Assembly: GCA_018433085.1 (NCBI GenBank)
Contig: JAHDRW010000028.1
Coordinates: forward strand, 4,804-68,803
Reading direction: 5' to 3'
DNA length: 64,000 nucleotides
Origin: Deltaproteobacteria bacterium
GTDB lineage: Bacteria; Desulfobacterota; Desulfomonilia; UBA1062
Shown here: positions 1-9,367 of the stretch, one piece after another
Layout of the letters: the number at the start of each line of letters is the position of its first letter
Position numbering within the stretch: the stretch's first letter is position 1
Translations under genes and position numbers: made by a program
The notes under the pieces: model-generated
What the model was told of the DNA's origin: nothing
Databases searched by the model: none
What the model saw: the letters and a program-made list of their open reading frames with translations, nothing else

Positions 1-180
1 TAATCTGATATAGATGATGTCATCCGTGTCCATGCCGAACGAGATCTCGGCAAGCACCCATCTTTCCGCTTCGCACTTGGAACCGAATATCACGATCTCG
101 CCGCATGAATCTCTCAGCCAGAAAAATTTTCCCTGTTCCATGTCGTAAGGCTCATATGCCACAGCCCATCGTTCGTACAT
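1..180 (-). CDS. hypothetical protein, partial (3' end runs off the window start)
   Basis: Not in the ORF track because it has no stop in the window. ATG at 180-178 on the minus strand with AAGGAGG-type SD directly upstream. Reads MYERWAVAYEPYDMEQGKFFWLRDSCGEIVIFGSKCEAERWVLAEISFGMDTDDIIYIRL. No family recognised. Confidence 0.35.
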   Translation of the reverse strand, partial: MYERWAVAYEPYDMEQGKFFWLRDSCGEIVIFGSKCEAERWVLAEISFGMDTDDIIYIRL

Positions 181-416
181 GCCCCCTCCTTACTACGCTG
201 GTCATGGGAGGAGCGCCTCCCCTGACATAATAATTATGCAACAGAAAGCATAAAGTACAGTTTGATACCACCCCTCTCTACAGATGCGGAGAGGTGCGGG
301 ATAAGGTTTTCCCGGTCGATTGACCTGCTCGAGCGTCTGTGGGTCACTGTGAAGGAAAGGACTTGTGTTGTTGGTTATATTATGACAAAAATAACATAAT
401 AAAGTTTGGCGGGAGG

Positions 417-980
417 ATGGTTATGAGGATAAAAACATCCTTGTTGATGGTACTAATAGTCCTCTTGTGTCTTCCCGCCACGGCGTCCGAGGGGAAGATC
501 CTTGTCGCGGTGGCGGCTAACTACATGATGCCCTTTGCCGAGATCGTGCTCTTCTCGGGGCAGCATGATTTTTGCAGCCGGTTCACAGACTGGACGGATG
601 CGGTGCAGTCGGACGCGGTCAGGAAGATCGCCATCGCCAAACCCGAAACCGCCCCGTATGGTGCCGCCGCCGTGACCGGTCTGAAAGAGTCGGGCCTGTA
701 CGACACCCTGTATGACAAGTATGTATTTCCCCAGGACATCGGGCAGGCATTTCAGTATGCCACCACAGGCTCTGTCCAGGCCGGGTTCTGCGCCCTCTCG
801 TCGGCCATGACCGATGAGGGGAGGAAGGGCTGCTGCTTCCCTGTGAAGCAGGCACCTCCGGTGACCCAGGCCGCCTGCGTCCTCAAAAGAACGCAAAACC
901 GCGAGGCCGCGAAGAAGTTTGCTGCCTTCCTTCTGACTCAGACCAGTGTCCGGATCAAGGAGAAGTATGGATACCGGTAG
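417..980 (+). CDS. modA: molybdate ABC transporter substrate-binding protein ModA-like, abnormally short (possible internal deletion)
   Basis: ATG at 417 after GGCGGGAGG SD, with a signal peptide (MVMRIKTSLLMVLIVLLCLPATASEG). The N-terminal GKILVAVAAN and the C-terminal half align by eye to ModA. The central block carrying the SSG..QI..GAP.D.F.SA oxyanion-binding region is absent (187 aa against about 250 typical). Confidence 0.6.
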   Translation: MVMRIKTSLLMVLIVLLCLPATASEGKILVAVAANYMMPFAEIVLFSGQHDFCSRFTDWTDAVQSDAVRKIAIAKPETAPYGAAAVTGLKESGLYDTLYDKYVFPQDIGQAFQYATTGSVQAGFCALSSAMTDEGRKGCCFPVKQAPPVTQAACVLKRTQNREAAKKFAAFLLTQTSVRIKEKYGYR

Positions 981-1650
981 CATCCTCGGGCCGCTCTGGA
1001 TCTCCTTCAAGCTCGCGACGGCCACCACGGTCGTGCTTCTTGCCGCAGGTGCCTTTCTTGCCTATCTTCTCGTGTACCGGAAGGTGCCGGCCAGACCCGT
1101 GGTGGAGTCCCTCATCAGCGTGCCCATCGTGCTTCCCCCCACGGTGCTGGGCTTTTACCTGCTGATCCTGATGGGTCCGAAGGGGGCTCTCGGCAAAGCG
1201 TGTGAAGGCCTTTTCGAATCATCCCTTCTTTTCACCTTTACGGGCATCGTTATCGCGTCGGTTTTTTATAGCCTGCCCTTTGCGGTACAGCCGCTCAAGA
1301 CCGCCTTTTCCAAGATAGACAGGAGGATTATCGAGAATGCCCATGTCCTGGGCCTATCACCCTTCAAGGCATTTTTCCGCGTGGTCGTGCCCAATTCGGC
1401 CGCCTGCTTTGCAGCCGCCGCGATCCTGGTGTTCCTCCACACCCTGGGCGAATTCGGGGTGATCCTCATGGTGGACGGCAGTATTCCGGGTGAGACAAGA
1501 GTTGCATCGATCGCGATCTTCGAGGCGGTGGAATCGCTCAGGTACCGGGATGCCTGGATACTCTCTCTGATCCTGGCTATGGTGAGCTTTTCGTTCCTTC
1601 TGGCGGTCAACGCACTGAACAAAGGGGAGCATGATGGCCTTAAGGGCTGA
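967..1650 (+). CDS. modB: molybdate ABC transporter permease ModB
   Basis: ATG at 967 overlaps the modA 3' end. Multi-TM protein with a ModB/CysTW-type permease signature (SVPIVLPPTVLGFYLL ... SLPFAVQPL ... ENAHVLGLSPFKAFFRVVVP). Confidence 0.85.
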   Translation: MDTGSILGPLWISFKLATATTVVLLAAGAFLAYLLVYRKVPARPVVESLISVPIVLPPTVLGFYLLILMGPKGALGKACEGLFESSLLFTFTGIVIASVFYSLPFAVQPLKTAFSKIDRRIIENAHVLGLSPFKAFFRVVVPNSAACFAAAAILVFLHTLGEFGVILMVDGSIPGETRVASIAIFEAVESLRYRDAWILSLILAMVSFSFLLAVNALNKGEHDGLKG

Positions 1651-2382
1651 GATCAAGAAGAGGCTGAACCACTTCAACCTGGATGTCTCCCTGGCGTGCG
1701 GCGAGGGGAAAATCGTTTCAGTCGTCGGGCCTTCGGGCTCGGGCAAGACCACAATATTGGGGATCATCGCGGGGCTGGACGCACCGGACGAGGGAATCAT
1801 CACCTGCGGGGAGAGTGTCTGGGTGGACACCGGGCCGGAATCTTCCTGCCGACACAGAAGCGGCGCCTTGCCATGGTTTTTCAGGACTTCGCCCTGTTTC
1901 CCCACTGCAGTGTGTTCAAAAACGTCTGTTTTGCCGCCAGGGACAGGTCCCTGGCCGAGGAACTCATGAAACGATTCGGGATCTGGCACCTGAAAGACAC
2001 CAGGCCACAGTCCATATCAGGGGGCGAGAGGCAGCGCACCGCCATCAGCCAGGCCCTGGCACGTGAGCCCGAGGTGCTCCTCATGGACGAGCCCTTTTCG
2101 GCGCTCGATCCGATCACCCGCAGAAAGCTCCGCATGGCCGTGGCGGATATGAAAGGCGAGCTCCCGGTCCCCATCATCCATGTCACCCATGATATCAGGG
2201 AGGCGCTCTTTCTGGGCGACGAGATCGTCCCGGTCGTCAGCGGGAAGATCTTTCATAAATGGCTTTTGCAGTTCATGCTCACGACACGGGGCGCGGGCAT
2301 ATGTCCGGACCGCACGGACCGGGAGAACCAGGGAGATATCGAACTTGAGATATTTGAAACGCGAAAGGGGTGGATAAGATGA
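1631..2382 (+). pseudogene. modC: molybdate ABC transporter ATP-binding protein ModC, split by a frameshift
   Basis: Walker A (GPSGSGKT) lies in the frame starting at 1631. The Q-loop (MVFQDFALFPH), signature (ISGGERQR) and Walker B (LLMDEPFSALD) lie in the frame of ORF 1696..2382. The frames must join near 1825-1845 (GGACACCGGGCCGGAATC). Confidence 0.75.
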
Positions 2383-3005
2383 ACATCGGGCCGTATTCGA
2401 TTGAAGACTACATGCATCTGGTAAAGTCGTTCCACGGCAGTATCGCGCCTGGGCTCATGATCGGCGGGTTTATGGTGGACCTCGCCAGGAGTGAGCTGCC
2501 GGACGGCGTGCTGTTCGACGCCATCAGCGAGACGAAAACCTGCCTTCCGGACGCTCTCCAGCTCCTCACGCCCTGCACGATCGGCAACGGCTGGCTCAAG
2601 GTCATGGACTTCGGCCGCTATGCCCTGTGTCTGTATGACAAGTATGAGGGCCAAGGGGTAAGGGTGTTTCTGGACCCGGAAAAACTGGAGTCCTGGCCGG
2701 AGATCAAGATGTGGTTCTTCAAGCTTAAGCCAAAGGCGGAACAGAATTCCAATGCCCTCAGGGACCAGATCATCGAGGCAGGGACCGACATCCTCACGGT
2801 GAAGCACGTCAGGGTGGATGCCGCATCTGTTCAGAAGAAGGGCAAAGGGGCAATCGCAGTCTGCCCGTCATGCAGGGAGGCATATCCCGCAAAGGATGGA
2901 GCGACCTGTCTGGCCTGTCAGGGGAACAGCCCGTACAGCAAGGAGACGCAGGATATGAACCCGGGTCTCAGGATTGTCTCCATGCCGGGGAAAGGCCGTG
3001 ACTAG
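2379..3005 (+). CDS. FmdE-domain protein with C-terminal Cys4 zinc-ribbon
   Basis: ATG at 2379, 8 nt after GAAAGGGG. FmdE-family N-terminal pattern (HG..APGLMIGG ... C..DA.Q..T.CT.G). C-terminal CPSC-x13-CLAC. Context is mod/Mop genes. Confidence 0.7.
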   Translation: MNIGPYSIEDYMHLVKSFHGSIAPGLMIGGFMVDLARSELPDGVLFDAISETKTCLPDALQLLTPCTIGNGWLKVMDFGRYALCLYDKYEGQGVRVFLDPEKLESWPEIKMWFFKLKPKAEQNSNALRDQIIEAGTDILTVKHVRVDAASVQKKGKGAIAVCPSCREAYPAKDGATCLACQGNSPYSKETQDMNPGLRIVSMPGKGRD

Positions 3006-3077
3006 AGGCATGTTTGTATGATGGATCTTGAAAGGGACGTCTTTATCACTACTCTCTAGAAATAAGGAGAAGCGGAT

Positions 3078-3290
3078 ATGATGAAGATAAGCGCACGGAA
3101 TGTTTTGAAGGGAAAGGTGAAGAAGGTCACTCCCGGAGCGGTCAATACCGAGGTGGTCGTAGAGCTGCCCGGAGGCGGTCAGATCGTTTCCATCATCACC
3201 AAGGAATCGGCGGAGAACATGCAGATAGCCGAGGGAAAGGATATAGCCGCGGTCATCAAGGCATCGAACGTGATGCTGGCCGTGGATTGA
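3078..3290 (+). CDS. mop: molybdopterin/molybdate-binding Mop (TOBE-domain molbindin)
   Basis: 70-aa protein MKISARNVLKGKVKKVTPGAVNTEVVVELPGGGQIVSIITKESAENMQIAEGKDIAAVIKASNVMLAV, the classic single Mop/TOBE domain. AAGGAGAAG SD upstream. Confidence 0.85.
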   Translation: MMKISARNVLKGKVKKVTPGAVNTEVVVELPGGGQIVSIITKESAENMQIAEGKDIAAVIKASNVMLAVD

Positions 3291-3324
3291 TAAAACCGGC
3301 CCGGAGACGAACCCCGAGCCGGTT
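3288..3324 (-). terminator. hairpin between convergent mop and hbd genes; intrinsic-terminator-like on the minus strand
   Basis: AACCGGCcCGG (3294-3304) pairs with CCGaGCCGGTT (3314-3324) across a 9-nt loop. On the minus strand the stem is followed by TTTTAT. There is no U-tract on the plus strand. Confidence 0.4.
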
Positions 3325-3329
3325 GCGCG

Positions 3330-4469
3330 TCAGATTTCTATCCTGCCTTCCTGGAGCGTCCCGGTGGGCCTGAAGGTTTCGATGCCGAACTTATCGGCGA
3401 GTTCGGTGCACTTGGCGACCAGGGTAGGGTAGCCGATGCTCTTGGCGAGCGTGAAGGGACCGACGCCGCCGCCTCCGTTGGCGATCGCGGTGTCGATGTC
3501 CTTCGGGTCGGTCACCACCCCTTCCTCCAGGAGCTTGGTGGCCTCGTTCGCCTGCAGCGCGATCATGTGCGTGGGGTCATACTCGCCGGTGGGGCTGGAT
3601 ACGTCGATCGCGGGCCTGCCAGCCGACCAGTCGTAAATCCCCCTGCCGGTCTTCTTGCCGAGCCGGCCCTGGTCCACGAGATCCTTCAGGGCCTTTCGCG
3701 GCGCATAGTCCGGGGAGAGGGTTTTGGCGTAGTAGCCTTGCGTGTGCAGCACGATGTCCATGCCCACGTAATCCAGCAGCTCGAACGGGGTCATGGGCAT
3801 TACCGGCTTGAAGGCCGCGTCGAAGTCGTTGGGGCTGGGCGATCCCTTGTCGAGAATGATCTGCAGGAGCAGGGCCGTGGGTGCGTTGACCCGGTTGTAG
3901 ATGAAGCCCGGCGAGTCCTTCTGCACGATCACCGGTACCTTGTTCATCTTTTGCGCCGTCTCATAGGTGGTTTTTATCGCCTCGGGCGAGGACTTTTCCG
4001 TGGAAATCACCTCCACCAGCTTGAGCAGCACGGCCGGGTTGAAGAAGTGCATTCCCACCACACTCTGAGGCCTCTTCGTGGCCGAGGCGATGGCGGTGAT
4101 GCTCATGGACGAGGTGTTGCTCGCGAGCACGGCGTGCCCGGGCGCAAGCGCGTCCAGGTCGGCGAAGAGCCTTTTCTTGATGTCCAGGTCTTCGAACACC
4201 GCCTCGATCACCAGGTCGGCGTCGCCCACCGCCTCCTTGAGGTCGGTGGTGGGCTTGAGGAGGGAAAACATCTCCTTGCCCTGGTCCCCGGTGATCTTGC
4301 CCTTGCCCGCGAATTTGGCCAGACTCTCCTTGATGGTGTTCACGCCCTTGTCCACAAAGCGCTGCTCGATGTCGTGCATGGCCACCGTGTAGCCCGCCAT
4401 GATCCCCGCCTGGGCAATGCCGTTGCCCATGGCGCCCGATCCGATTACTGCTATTTTCTTTACCTCCAT
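3330..4469 (-). CDS. 3-hydroxyacyl-CoA (3-hydroxybutyryl-CoA) dehydrogenase, long form with extra C-terminal domain
   Basis: N-terminal Rossmann motif KIAVIGSGAMGNGIA. Also NTSS and GMHFFNP motifs and a duplicated 3HCDH C-terminal region. 379 aa. Confidence 0.9.
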   Translation of the reverse strand: MEVKKIAVIGSGAMGNGIAQAGIMAGYTVAMHDIEQRFVDKGVNTIKESLAKFAGKGKITGDQGKEMFSLLKPTTDLKEAVGDADLVIEAVFEDLDIKKRLFADLDALAPGHAVLASNTSSMSITAIASATKRPQSVVGMHFFNPAVLLKLVEVISTEKSSPEAIKTTYETAQKMNKVPVIVQKDSPGFIYNRVNAPTALLLQIILDKGSPSPNDFDAAFKPVMPMTPFELLDYVGMDIVLHTQGYYAKTLSPDYAPRKALKDLVDQGRLGKKTGRGIYDWSAGRPAIDVSSPTGEYDPTHMIALQANEATKLLEEGVVTDPKDIDTAIANGGGGVGPFTLAKSIGYPTLVAKCTELADKFGIETFRPTGTLQEGRIEI

Positions 4470-4494
4470 GGTATCACCTCCTTACTCATTCATC

Positions 4495-5265
4495 TCACTC
4501 GCCCTTGAACTCGGGCTTCCTTTTCTGCAGAAATGCGGTGAAGCCCTCGACGGCATCCTTTGAGGTCGCGCAGATATTGCTCTGCTCGGCCTCCATCCTG
4601 AGCCCCTCGTCCATGCCCTTATCCAGGTGGGCCTGGACGGAGCAAAGGACGGCCCGCACCGCAAGGGGGGCCTTCTCGGAGAGTTCCATGGCGGTCTCCA
4701 TGACTCTGGGCATGAGCTGATCGGGCGGATAGACCCCGTCCACCAGGCCGATGGCGAGGGCCTCCCCCGGATTCAGGCGCCTGCTGAAGAGCATGAGCTC
4801 CAGGGCCTTCGACCTGCCCAGCAGACGGGTAAGCCGCTGGGTGCCTCCCCAGCCCGGGATGATGCCCAGGTTCAGCTCGGGGCAGCCCATTTTGGCTTTG
4901 TCGTTGGCAGCCATGTACCGGAAATGACACGCCAGGGCCAGCTCGCAGCCCCCGCCCAGGGCATGGCCGTTGATGGCCGCGATAACGGGCTTCTCGAACC
5001 GGTCGACCCTGGTCCACAATGCCCGGCCAACCGCACCCACGTCCGGGTGGCTCACCGCGTCCGACACGTCCATGCCCGCGCAGAACGACTTCTCACCGCT
5101 GCCCGTAATGACCAGCACCCGCACCTCGCTGTCCGAGGCAACCTCGTCGAGCGCACGGGCGATCTCGCCGAGCATGGCATAGCTCACCGCATTGTTTGAC
5201 GGACGGTTCAGGGTCAGTACCGCCACCTTTCCTCTTTTCTCCAATAACAGGGTTTCATAGGCCAT
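4495..5265 (-). CDS. enoyl-CoA hydratase/isomerase (crotonase family)
   Basis: Start moved to the ATG at 5265, preceded by a GGAGGA SD. Crotonase motifs present: LNRP...NA, FCAGMD, AAINGHALGGGCELALACH. Confidence 0.9.
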   Translation of the reverse strand: MAYETLLLEKRGKVAVLTLNRPSNNAVSYAMLGEIARALDEVASDSEVRVLVITGSGEKSFCAGMDVSDAVSHPDVGAVGRALWTRVDRFEKPVIAAINGHALGGGCELALACHFRYMAANDKAKMGCPELNLGIIPGWGGTQRLTRLLGRSKALELMLFSRRLNPGEALAIGLVDGVYPPDQLMPRVMETAMELSEKAPLAVRAVLCSVQAHLDKGMDEGLRMEAEQSNICATSKDAVEGFTAFLQKRKPEFKGE

Positions 5266-5374
5266 AAAGGGTCCTCCTTCCGCAGAGAAAATCAGGATCA
5301 CATAACTCATGTTATTTGAATGATTCGAATATACGTGTTTCCTGATCTGGAATCAACGGGTAATTTTTATGATC

Positions 5375-6157
5375 TCACAATGATTCGGGATTCTTCAGGT
5401 TTTTCAGGGAGAAAAAATCCCCGTCAATCTCCACCTCGAACCGGATCGCCTCGTAGGTGATCTCGGTGAATGCTCCATCGTTCCCCGCGGGTGTGATGCG
5501 GATCGTCGAAGGCAGCATTCGGGAGCCCAGCTTCCGGATATCCGAATAGGTCATGGTCCGCACCAAGTTCGCCTTGTCCCCGTAGAATTCGATCTCCAGC
5601 GGAATCAGGTCCGATCGGCGCACCGTTGCGACCACCTTGCTCCATACTGTCTGGGTAGAGGGTTCGGGTACGAGGGTGATCTCGATCACCCCGGTTCTTT
5701 CCCGGGTGCCCGAGAAGGTGATTTCCGCGATATAATCCTCGGAGAGCATGTCTCCCCTCACGGCGTCGTCGTTGGTGAGATGGCTCCCCAGCCACGGCGC
5801 GCCCGCCATGGAAAGCGGGAGCTTGATGACCCGGTCGACATCGGGCAGGTAGCTCCAGATGCTGTTCCCCAGTTTTACGATCGAGTGTCCCTGCTGCCCT
5901 GCCGGTTCCAGGGTCCTCACCAGGGTGTACTTTCTCCCCTTGCTCCATGCCTCGACCATTGTCTCCCGTGCGGAAGGACCGGTGAATACCTTGATTTTCA
6001 TGATCGCATGGCTGGAGCCTCCCCGGTAGAGATCATCGATGCGGCCGGCGATCTCTTGCGGGGACATATCCTGAGCGGACAGGGCCGCCCCGAGGGGAAG
6101 GACGGATATGAAAAGGAAAAAGAGCAGCAGGCAGAGAGCGTACTCCGGCCTTGTCAT
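5375..6157 (-). CDS. LolA-like outer-membrane lipoprotein-sorting family protein (secreted)
   Basis: Signal peptide (MTRPEYALCLLLFFLFISVLPLGAALSA). The overall pattern resembles the LolA_like family often annotated as outer membrane lipoprotein-sorting protein. Start is uncertain (6157 or 6178). Confidence 0.55.
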   Translation of the reverse strand: MTRPEYALCLLLFFLFISVLPLGAALSAQDMSPQEIAGRIDDLYRGGSSHAIMKIKVFTGPSARETMVEAWSKGRKYTLVRTLEPAGQQGHSIVKLGNSIWSYLPDVDRVIKLPLSMAGAPWLGSHLTNDDAVRGDMLSEDYIAEITFSGTRERTGVIEITLVPEPSTQTVWSKVVATVRRSDLIPLEIEFYGDKANLVRTMTYSDIRKLGSRMLPSTIRITPAGNDGAFTEITYEAIRFEVEIDGDFFSLKNLKNPESL

Positions 6158-6629
6158 GACACCACCTCCATGCTTCACGATGAAAAAAATGCGGGCTCTG
6201 TCCTGTACTCAGGAAAGAAGCCAAGGCCTCCCGCCGCCGCCCGGTCTTGCTCAAGGCGGGCCGGAGAGGTTTCCAGGTGCGTATTATTCCTGATTGCGGG
6301 TCTGAACATACATTTTGAGACAGTGCCCGAGCAAAAAATAAACTTTTCCCAAGAAATATAATAGACACGAAAGGCTGCATGACAAGCAGCGCGCGAGCAG
6401 CCGCGGAGCAGGATACCTTTCAGGTGGAGGCAGGTCCCCGCCCCGTGCCGGGCGTGCAGCAAAAGGCGCCCCGCGAGACCGGCGGAAACAGGACTCATAT
6501 TCCCGAGCCGGGCTCAGTGCTGGGGACGAAGCCGGGGAAGGACAGACCGTATCCGCCTCATCCATTGACGGGCGTGGTTCCGACGCCCGGGAAGGTGCCG
6601 GCCAGACCCTCATGTTCGAAACAAAGGTG

Positions 6630-7988
6630 TCATTTCAGGAGCGTTCGATAGAGCGCCACGAGCCCGGGATCGGCGTGCTTCTGGAAGATGCCGAAATGGA
6701 AGCTCAGCTGAGACGGTCCCTGGTCAACGATCTCGATGTTGATATTCTCCTGATAGAGCGCGGCCGACGCCCTGGCGAGAACCCCGGGAGTATCCCTCAT
6801 GCCGATACCCACGGGCGAGAGCAGGCACAGATCGTAGCGGATATCCAGAAAGTCAGGCGAAAGGCCCTTTGCGATGGTGTCCTTGAGATCGTCAGCCTTG
6901 TCCATGAGATCGTGCTGATCCACGATCACCGCGATATCGTCCTTGTCGGAAGGGTAGTGGTGCGTATTGATGCCGAAGTCTTTGAAGATATCGAGCAGTT
7001 CCTTGGTGAAGCCGATGGTCTCGCCGATCATGTCCTTTTCGATATATACATAGGCTATGCCGTCCATACGGGCGATGCCCACCGCTGTCTCGCCCGGGAT
7101 GCGCGAGCTCACGATCCTGGTGCCCGGGGCCGCGGGATTGTTGGTGTTGCGGATGTTGATGGGGATGTTCTTGTTCTTGCAGCTCACCATGGCGTCGAAG
7201 TGGAAGACATTGAATCCCCGCGACGAAAGCAGCCTGATCTCCTTGTAGGTCAGCTCCGGGATCACCGAGGCCTCGGTGATGATCCGGGGATCGACCTGGT
7301 AGACCCCGTCCGTGTCGGTCCAGTTTTCATAGCACGAGGCATCCACGGCATAGGCCACCTCGCCGCCCGTGAGGTCCGACCCGCCGCGGGAAAGGACCGC
7401 GATGTCTCCCTTGAGCGTAATACCGTAGTAGCCGGGGATGATATAGACCGGCCCGTCCTTCAGGCATTCCCGCATGCCGGAATGGGCTGCGGGAAGAACC
7501 TTTGCATTGCCGAACCGGTCGGAGACGAGGAAGCCCATGTCCTCGGGCAGCATAAGCTTCACGTCCATGCCCTTGCCCTGGAAATAGCGGGCAATGATCT
7601 TGGCATTGTAGTGCTCGCCGCGGGATGCAAAGAAATCGATCCTCTTCTTGTTGGAGATGTGCGACGCGAGATCCGACTCGAGATCCTCCAGGATATCGTC
7701 GCCTCTGATACCGAGGTCGACAACGAGGGATTTGAACTTGGCCAGCACCCGATCGAAGCTTTCACGTGCCGTGATGTTTTTTCCCCGTGACCCGAAATGG
7801 TGTCCGTGGGTGGCGACATTGAAGAGATGATCGGTAACCTTCTCCGGATCACTCCCGTCCTTGCCGGGCGCCGATACGACGACGAAACGGCGGTTCTCGT
7901 CGGCAGACACGATCCGGCGGACCTTTTCGATCTGGCCGGCGTTGGAAACAGAGCTCCCCCCGAACTTACATACGATCTTCGCGCCCAT
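6630..7988 (-). CDS. lysC: aspartate kinase
   Basis: N-terminal KFGGSSV kinase motif, the VVSA..G.T. pattern and C-terminal ACT-like regulatory region. AAGGGGG SD before the ATG at 7988. 452 aa. Confidence 0.9.
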   Translation of the reverse strand: MGAKIVCKFGGSSVSNAGQIEKVRRIVSADENRRFVVVSAPGKDGSDPEKVTDHLFNVATHGHHFGSRGKNITARESFDRVLAKFKSLVVDLGIRGDDILEDLESDLASHISNKKRIDFFASRGEHYNAKIIARYFQGKGMDVKLMLPEDMGFLVSDRFGNAKVLPAAHSGMRECLKDGPVYIIPGYYGITLKGDIAVLSRGGSDLTGGEVAYAVDASCYENWTDTDGVYQVDPRIITEASVIPELTYKEIRLLSSRGFNVFHFDAMVSCKNKNIPINIRNTNNPAAPGTRIVSSRIPGETAVGIARMDGIAYVYIEKDMIGETIGFTKELLDIFKDFGINTHHYPSDKDDIAVIVDQHDLMDKADDLKDTIAKGLSPDFLDIRYDLCLLSPVGIGMRDTPGVLARASAALYQENINIEIVDQGPSQLSFHFGIFQKHADPGLVALYRTLLK

Positions 7989-8242
7989 GGACCCAGCCCC
8001 CTTTCATGCTGAAGCTCTTCAGCACACCCTTCTATCCCAACTTCCCGCTCAGGGAAAGAGGCAATCAGAGGCTGGGATTCCGTATGGAGGGAGATGGACG
8101 ACGCGAGTGTCTGACCGGCAATCCCGGTAGCGGGGGCGAGAATATGGAAATGCGTGTGTTTTCTGGAAAAACAACGCGTACTCCAGGATGCCTTATGGAA
8201 ACGATCTGTGGATTCGTATCGTTATCCACGGGGCTTGCAAGG

Positions 8243-8269
8243 TTGCATTGCCTGTTCGGGGGATATAAT
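8243..8269 (+). promoter_or_regulatory. sigma70-like promoter candidate for the MscS gene
   Basis: TTGCAT (8243-8248), a 15-nt spacer, then TATAAT (8264-8269), about 60 nt upstream of the start at 8329. The spacer is shorter than optimal. Confidence 0.25.
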
Positions 8270-8328
8270 ATAGCCGGGTGTCAGAAATGCAGAAACCATA
8301 AGAAATGCATGGTCGGGGGAATGTGATT

Positions 8329-9264
8329 ATGTTTGATCAGGTCGTGAATTCCATCAATGCGGTGAGCTGGAACGGGCTGGGCCTTGTCGCGTTTCGTATT
8401 CTGCTCGTGCTCGTCATAGCCCTGGTGGTCTCCAAGGTGCTGGGCCGGTTCATGAATATCCTCAGGCAGAGGCTCGTCAGCGCCGGGTTGTCCAAAGGGG
8501 ATACGGCTACCGAGACCGCAAAGCGCACAGAGACCCTCATCAGGCTCGTCAGGCAGGCCTCGTACATTGTTCTGTGGGTCATGGTGGCCCTGGTCCTGCT
8601 CAAGGAGGTGGGGGTGGAGATCGCACCCATTCTCGCAGGCGCGGGCATCGTGGGACTGGCCGTGGGCTTTGGTGCTCAGAACCTGGTGAGGGACGTGATA
8701 TCGGGTTTTTTCTTCATTCTGGAGGACCAGGTCCGGGTGGGTGATGTGGCGGTGGTCAACGGCACCGGAGGGCTGGTGGAGGAAATAAACTTCCGGACCA
8801 TCATCCTGCGCGACATCTCCGGGGTGGTGCACGTTTTCCCCAACGGGGCCGTGACCACGCTCAGCAACATGACCAAAGACTGGTCTGCCTACCTGTTCGA
8901 TTTCAGCGTTGCCTACAAGGAGGACACGGACAAGGTGGCTCGGGTCATCGAGCAGGTGGGGAGAGAGATGGTCCATGACCCGAAGTTCGGTCCCCTCATG
9001 CTCGAAGTCCCGGAGATCTTCGGGGTAGACGCGTTCGCGGACTCTGCCGTGGTGATCCGGGGGCGCATCAAGACCAGGCCGATTCAGCAGTGGGCCGTGG
9101 GCCGGGAGTTCAACCGCAGGATCAAGTATGCCTTCGATGCAGCAGGAATCGAGATTCCTTTCCCCCACCGGACGGTCTATTTTGGTGACGCGAGCAAGCC
9201 CTTTGACTTGAGGATCACCGAGACTCATCAGGGGGCCGCAGTCGAGGAGGGCCGGAAGGAGTAG
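8329..9264 (+). CDS. mechanosensitive ion channel family protein (MscS-like)
   Basis: N-terminal TM helices, then the conserved MscS core ([36 protein letters not shown]...). The ATG at 8329 has a GGGGGA SD 8 nt upstream. Alternative start at 8305. Confidence 0.85.
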   Translation: [311 protein letters not shown]

Positions 9265-9367
9265 GGGACAGCGCAAGTCCCGGTGCGCATGCGTTTTTAG
9301 TCGCCGGGCCTTTTATAAGGGAAAGCAAAGCCCCAATCTTACCAGTTCAGCACTGTTCATAAACCCG

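Noticed and set aside
6612-7790. 392-aa plus-strand ORF
   Set aside because: It lies entirely antisense to the well-supported aspartate kinase gene. Its composition is Arg/Gly/Asp/His-rich and low-complexity, typical of a shadow ORF in high-G+C DNA. It has no SD or recognisable motifs.
7989-8304. Possible lysine (L-box) riboswitch upstream of aspartate kinase
   Set aside because: I read the minus-strand leader and could not find the conserved L-box core elements. Without a covariance-model scan the claim is unsupported.
8281-9276. 331-aa minus-strand ORF
   Set aside because: It is antisense to the MscS-family channel gene and has no recognisable features.
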